A stretch of 10,472 nucleotides of DNA. It comes from Tolypothrix carrinoi HA7290-LM1. Lineage in GTDB: Bacteria > Cyanobacteriota > Cyanobacteriia > Cyanobacteriales > Nostocaceae. The position numbers and the translations under genes are program-made. This document shows positions 7,712-10,472 of the stretch, in pieces. The notes beneath the pieces were generated by a model that saw nothing but the letters and a program-made list of their open reading frames with translations, did not search any database and was not told where the DNA came from. Every line of letters starts with the position of its first letter. The first letter of the stretch is position 1. The stretch covers positions 1 through 10,472 of the forward strand of contig JAHHIK010000180.1 of NCBI GenBank assembly GCA_019358935.1, given 5' to 3'.

Positions 7712-7770
7712 CTATCAGGAGTCCCTCACGCTCATTTGGTACTCCAAATCAGTGATGGGAGGAATGGTAG
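7712..7770 (-). mobile_element. downstream end hairpin of the IscB-encoding IS200/IS605-superfamily element
   Basis: Minus strand CTACCATTCCTCCCATCACTGATTTGG-AGTA-CCAAATGAGCGTGAGGGACTCCTGATAG is a long imperfect hairpin ~80 nt after the iscB stop, of the type expected at HUH-transposon ends. Confidence 0.6.
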
Positions 7771-7847
7771 GTAAATTGTGAAACGTAGCTCAATCAAATT
7801 TTTGTGAAACAAAAACAGAGAAGAGCTACAGTTGAACAATTTACATT

Positions 7848-8553
7848 TTACGTGGTGTATGAATATCCGTCTTTTTTATGTAACGTTTTACACGTTTTAT
7901 AGCTAACTCCTGTAACTCTACTAAGTTTTGTAAAAATATCAAAACTACCGCTGGCTCGTGTTGCGATCCTTCCAACATGAATTCCTACTTTTTTACCTTT
8001 TGAGACAATAGATTTAACGACATCACCTGTTTGAAAACCGAAATGAAACTTATTTCTAGAACAGTGTCTGTTAGGAAATCCATATTTATCTGTTCTACAC
8101 TGTTGTCTTGTCCCATGACCCATTGATTTAATTAGTAACGGTTTAGTTGTTAATATTTCTAAAGTTTCGATTTTCCCAACACATGCTGCGTCTAACCAAT
8201 GAGTTTTAGGCAATTTCAAACGAGTACGATTAAACTTTGTTAATCCACCTGAACCTGTTATAACAGATAATCCCGTATCTTTTAAACGATTAAATAACGC
8301 CCATCGTGTCGAATTAACAGCAGCAGCATCTCTCAAAGGTCGTTTTGCTTGTAATAATATCTTTTTTAATAGTTCAGGCTTTTTAGCAAGAAACTTTTCT
8401 AGATCTTGCGTACCTTTTTTCTTATTACATTTATCACAAGCCAAACATAAATTAGAAATTTTGTTAGTACCTCCTTTAGCTTTGGGGTGAATATGTTCAA
8501 CTTGTAATGCAACGTTTTCGACATTGCAATATGAACATTTTCTATTCCATTTG
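7848..8553 (-). CDS. iscB: RNA-guided endonuclease IscB (RRXRR/HNH, OMEGA), 3' exon
   Basis: KWNRKCSYC...QVEHIHPKAKGGTNKISNLCLACDKCNKKKG (HNH), PLRDAAAVNSTRW, TKFNR, KTHWLDAACVG (RuvC-III), GHGTRQ..RTDKYGFP, GFQTGDVVK, DGYSY. The ORF-track portion 8554-8705 is intron sequence. Confidence 0.9.
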
Positions 8554-8628
8554 GTAGGGTCGAACGGGGTATCGCTACCCCGAACTCCCATGCAAAACCG
8601 GACATGAAAGTTTCCCGTCATCCGGCTC
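8554..8628 (-). ncRNA. group II intron ribozyme domains V and VI
   Basis: DV 8628-8595: GAGCCGGATGACGG-GAAA-CTTTCATGTCCGGTTT (34 nt, AGC triad, GNRA loop). DVI contains CGGGGTA-GCGA-TACCCCG and ends ACCCTAC (AY 3' end). Confidence 0.92.
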
Positions 8629-8685
8629 CTCGACTGTTTGGCGTTTGTCATACGTACCTCAATTTCCTTTTGAAGGATTAGGGGG

Positions 8686-10347
8686 TTAGAAAAGAGGTTC
8701 ATCACTCCTCATTTCCCACTCTTTAGGTTCCCACATAGCGTGAATGATATCGTGGCAATGTCTGTGTACCGCAGTCAGATTAGTCTTTTTATTATTGTTA
8801 CGATTTTTATCAATGTGGTGTACTTCTATTAGACTATCTGACGTAAAGTAAAGACCACAGTGCGAACATTTTCCCTGTTGCTTTTTCAGAAGTTATGATA
8901 ACTGTTTGGGAGTTTCGGGGTAATCCCCTTTTCGCGTACTCCAGTAAACCCAATCTCCGTCAAAGGGACTTCTGCTGTCCTTTACTTTTATATGCCTGCT
9001 TATCACTGTGTCACTATGTTTGGTCAACCAGTGTTGACCATCTTTGGTAGCAAATACCCAGTGATTGTTGCCCTTGGTTGTCCAAGTTTTATTGACATTT
9101 TCATGACGGTAAATTGCCCATCCTCGGATTTGTTGATAGGTAATATGGTCTGCAAGTTGAAATAATTCTTTACTGCATACCGTTTTGTAATAGTTTGACC
9201 ATCCTCTGACCACGGGGTTAAGTGTTGCAATTAGGGCTTCTCTTGATGAGCCTTTATGTCTATCTATTAGGTCGCCTATTATTTTTGTATGTACCTTCAA
9301 GTTTTCTTTGTCCGGGGTGATGATAGTTTTAAAACCTTGCTTTGAACTATATTCTCCTACCTGAAATTGTCTGATGTTAAAACCGAGGAAGTTAAATCCT
9401 ATGTTACCTTCCTCTTCAATTAAAGTGTGTGATAATCTAGTTTTTTCGGGTTTCAATTCTAAGCCTATACCCTTAAGCCAATCTGCTGTTATCTGCTGAC
9501 ATCTTTGGACAACCGACTTATCTTTGTGTAGAATTACAAAGTCATCGGCATAACGAATCACTGCAAGAGTCATTCGTTTTGACTTTTTACTTTGTTGTCT
9601 ACCATAGTTATTTTTCATATCTATGGTTTCAACATATTGAAGTAGCCGATTTTCTAAGCCGTGGAGGGCTATGTTCGCTAAAAGTGGCGACAAAACCCCG
9701 CCTTGTGGTGTTCCTTTATGTGTTTGACTGAATACTTTCTTTTTATCGCGTGTTCCGTTCGCGCTCCAGTCAATTACCCCCGCTTTTAACCACGCTTTAA
9801 TTTGTCTGCGGATGGTAGGGGTTGTATTTAATTTTATTAGCAGTGCATCATGGTTTATACAATCAAAGCAACGGGCAATATCAGCATCTAACACATATTT
9901 AGGCTTTTGCTTTATTGCTCCAAAAATTGCTTCTATTGCATCGTGGCATGACCGCCCCGGTCGGAATCCGTAGCTGTTTGGCTCGAATTTTGCCTCCCAT
10001 TCTGGCTCTAAGGCAGCTTTTACAAGAGCTTGGGTTGCTCTATCGTTCATTGTGGGTATACCTAACGGGCGTTTTTCCGTTTTCCCCGGTTTATCTATCC
10101 AGACACGCCGAACGGGTTTTGCCTTAGAGGTTAATCTCAGTTGGCTAACAAGTTGTAACCTTTGTTTTGGGGTCAAACTTTTGACACCATCTACCCCGGC
10201 TGTTTTCTTGCCTTGATTATCCTGAGTTACCCTGCGAACGGCTAGTACCTTAGCCGACCATGACATCATCAAGGTTTTTTGAAGCCTGTGGACTGCTCGA
10301 TTATCTCCACGTTGAGAGGCTTTGAATATGCGATGAAAGCAACTTAA
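8686..10347 (-). pseudogene. ltrA: group II intron reverse transcriptase/maturase with C-terminal HNH (En) domain, disrupted
   Basis: RIFKASQRGD...LQKTLMMSWSAK, GKKTAGVDG, RPLGIPT..DR, FEPNSYGFRPGRSCHDA, GTPQGGVLSPLLANIALH, RYADDF, FLGF, LNPVVRGWSNYY. TAA at 8893-8895 is followed in frame by LLKKQQGKCSHCG...EVHH...NL.AVHRHCHD..H to TAA 8686-8688. +1 frameshift at 10333-10339; IS junction at 10347/10348. Confidence 0.92.
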
Positions 10348-10472
10348 CTGGAGTTTAGACTAAGCAACAAGAAATAACCCAGCAGCGCTGAGTCGATCAA
10401 ACACAAGCTTTAAGCACGAAAATCTTCGATATTAAGCAGATTTTGGTTGCTCTTTCCGGGGCTTGGCTGTAC
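10348..10472 (-). mobile_element. end of an IS (probably IS701-like) inserted at TTAA within the intron RT gene
   Basis: RT homology stops at TTAA (10344-10347, codons F-K). The adjacent CTGGAGTTTAGACTAAG looks like an IS terminus, and minus-strand 10470-10432 reads a basic tail TAKPRKEQPKSA* compatible with a transposase C-terminus. Family assignment is tentative. Confidence 0.6.

Larger units (their letters stand above)
8554..10347 (-). mobile_element. group II intron (3' part; 5' end outside window) inserted in iscB
   Basis: RT/maturase/En ORF followed by domain V, domain VI and the 3' terminus ...CGACCCTAC at 8554, abutting iscB coding sequence. Confidence 0.93.

Noticed and set aside
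8554..8705. N-terminal ~51 aa of the 285-aa ORF 7848..8705
   Set aside because: It is intron DIV-DVI sequence that happens to be open in frame with the iscB exon; not IscB-like.
1932..8847. Frequent CGTAAA/TTTACG hexamer
   Set aside because: About ten copies by eye, not clearly above expectation for AT-rich DNA and not tied to lesions.
8399..10127. ORFs 8399..8605, 9024..9230, 9915..10127
   Set aside because: Alternative or antisense frames of iscB and the RT.
8893..10272. RT as retron, DGR or CRISPR-associated RT
   Set aside because: It has group II maturase and En domains followed by DV/DVI; no template/variable repeat pair, msr-msd or cas genes seen.

Overview
Cyanobacterial DNA, probably heterocyst-forming Nostocales-type (four HIP1 sites GCGATCGC, heptamer STRR-type repeats). 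It is a heavily decayed accessory region with a nested stack of mobile elements at each end. Left stack: a class III PHA synthase operon remnant (short phaE, then phaC) is cut by an internally deleted IS630, which is itself interrupted by an IS4-family element. Middle: a pseudogenised general-stress membrane protein, an intact VKOR-family gene, an open KAP-family P-loop NTPase, and an MFS transporter carrying two different small palindromic insertions (one in frame, one disrupting). Right stack: the 3' half of an IscB (OMEGA) nuclease gene is interrupted just before its HNH domain by a group II intron, whose RT/maturase gene is broken by a nonsense codon, a frameshift and an IS insertion. The most unusual signal is that the same 10-mer (TTGCTTTCAT) lies exactly on inferred +1 frameshift sites in two unrelated genes, and a related motif lies on a third. 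All family assignments come from recognised motifs; no database search was run.
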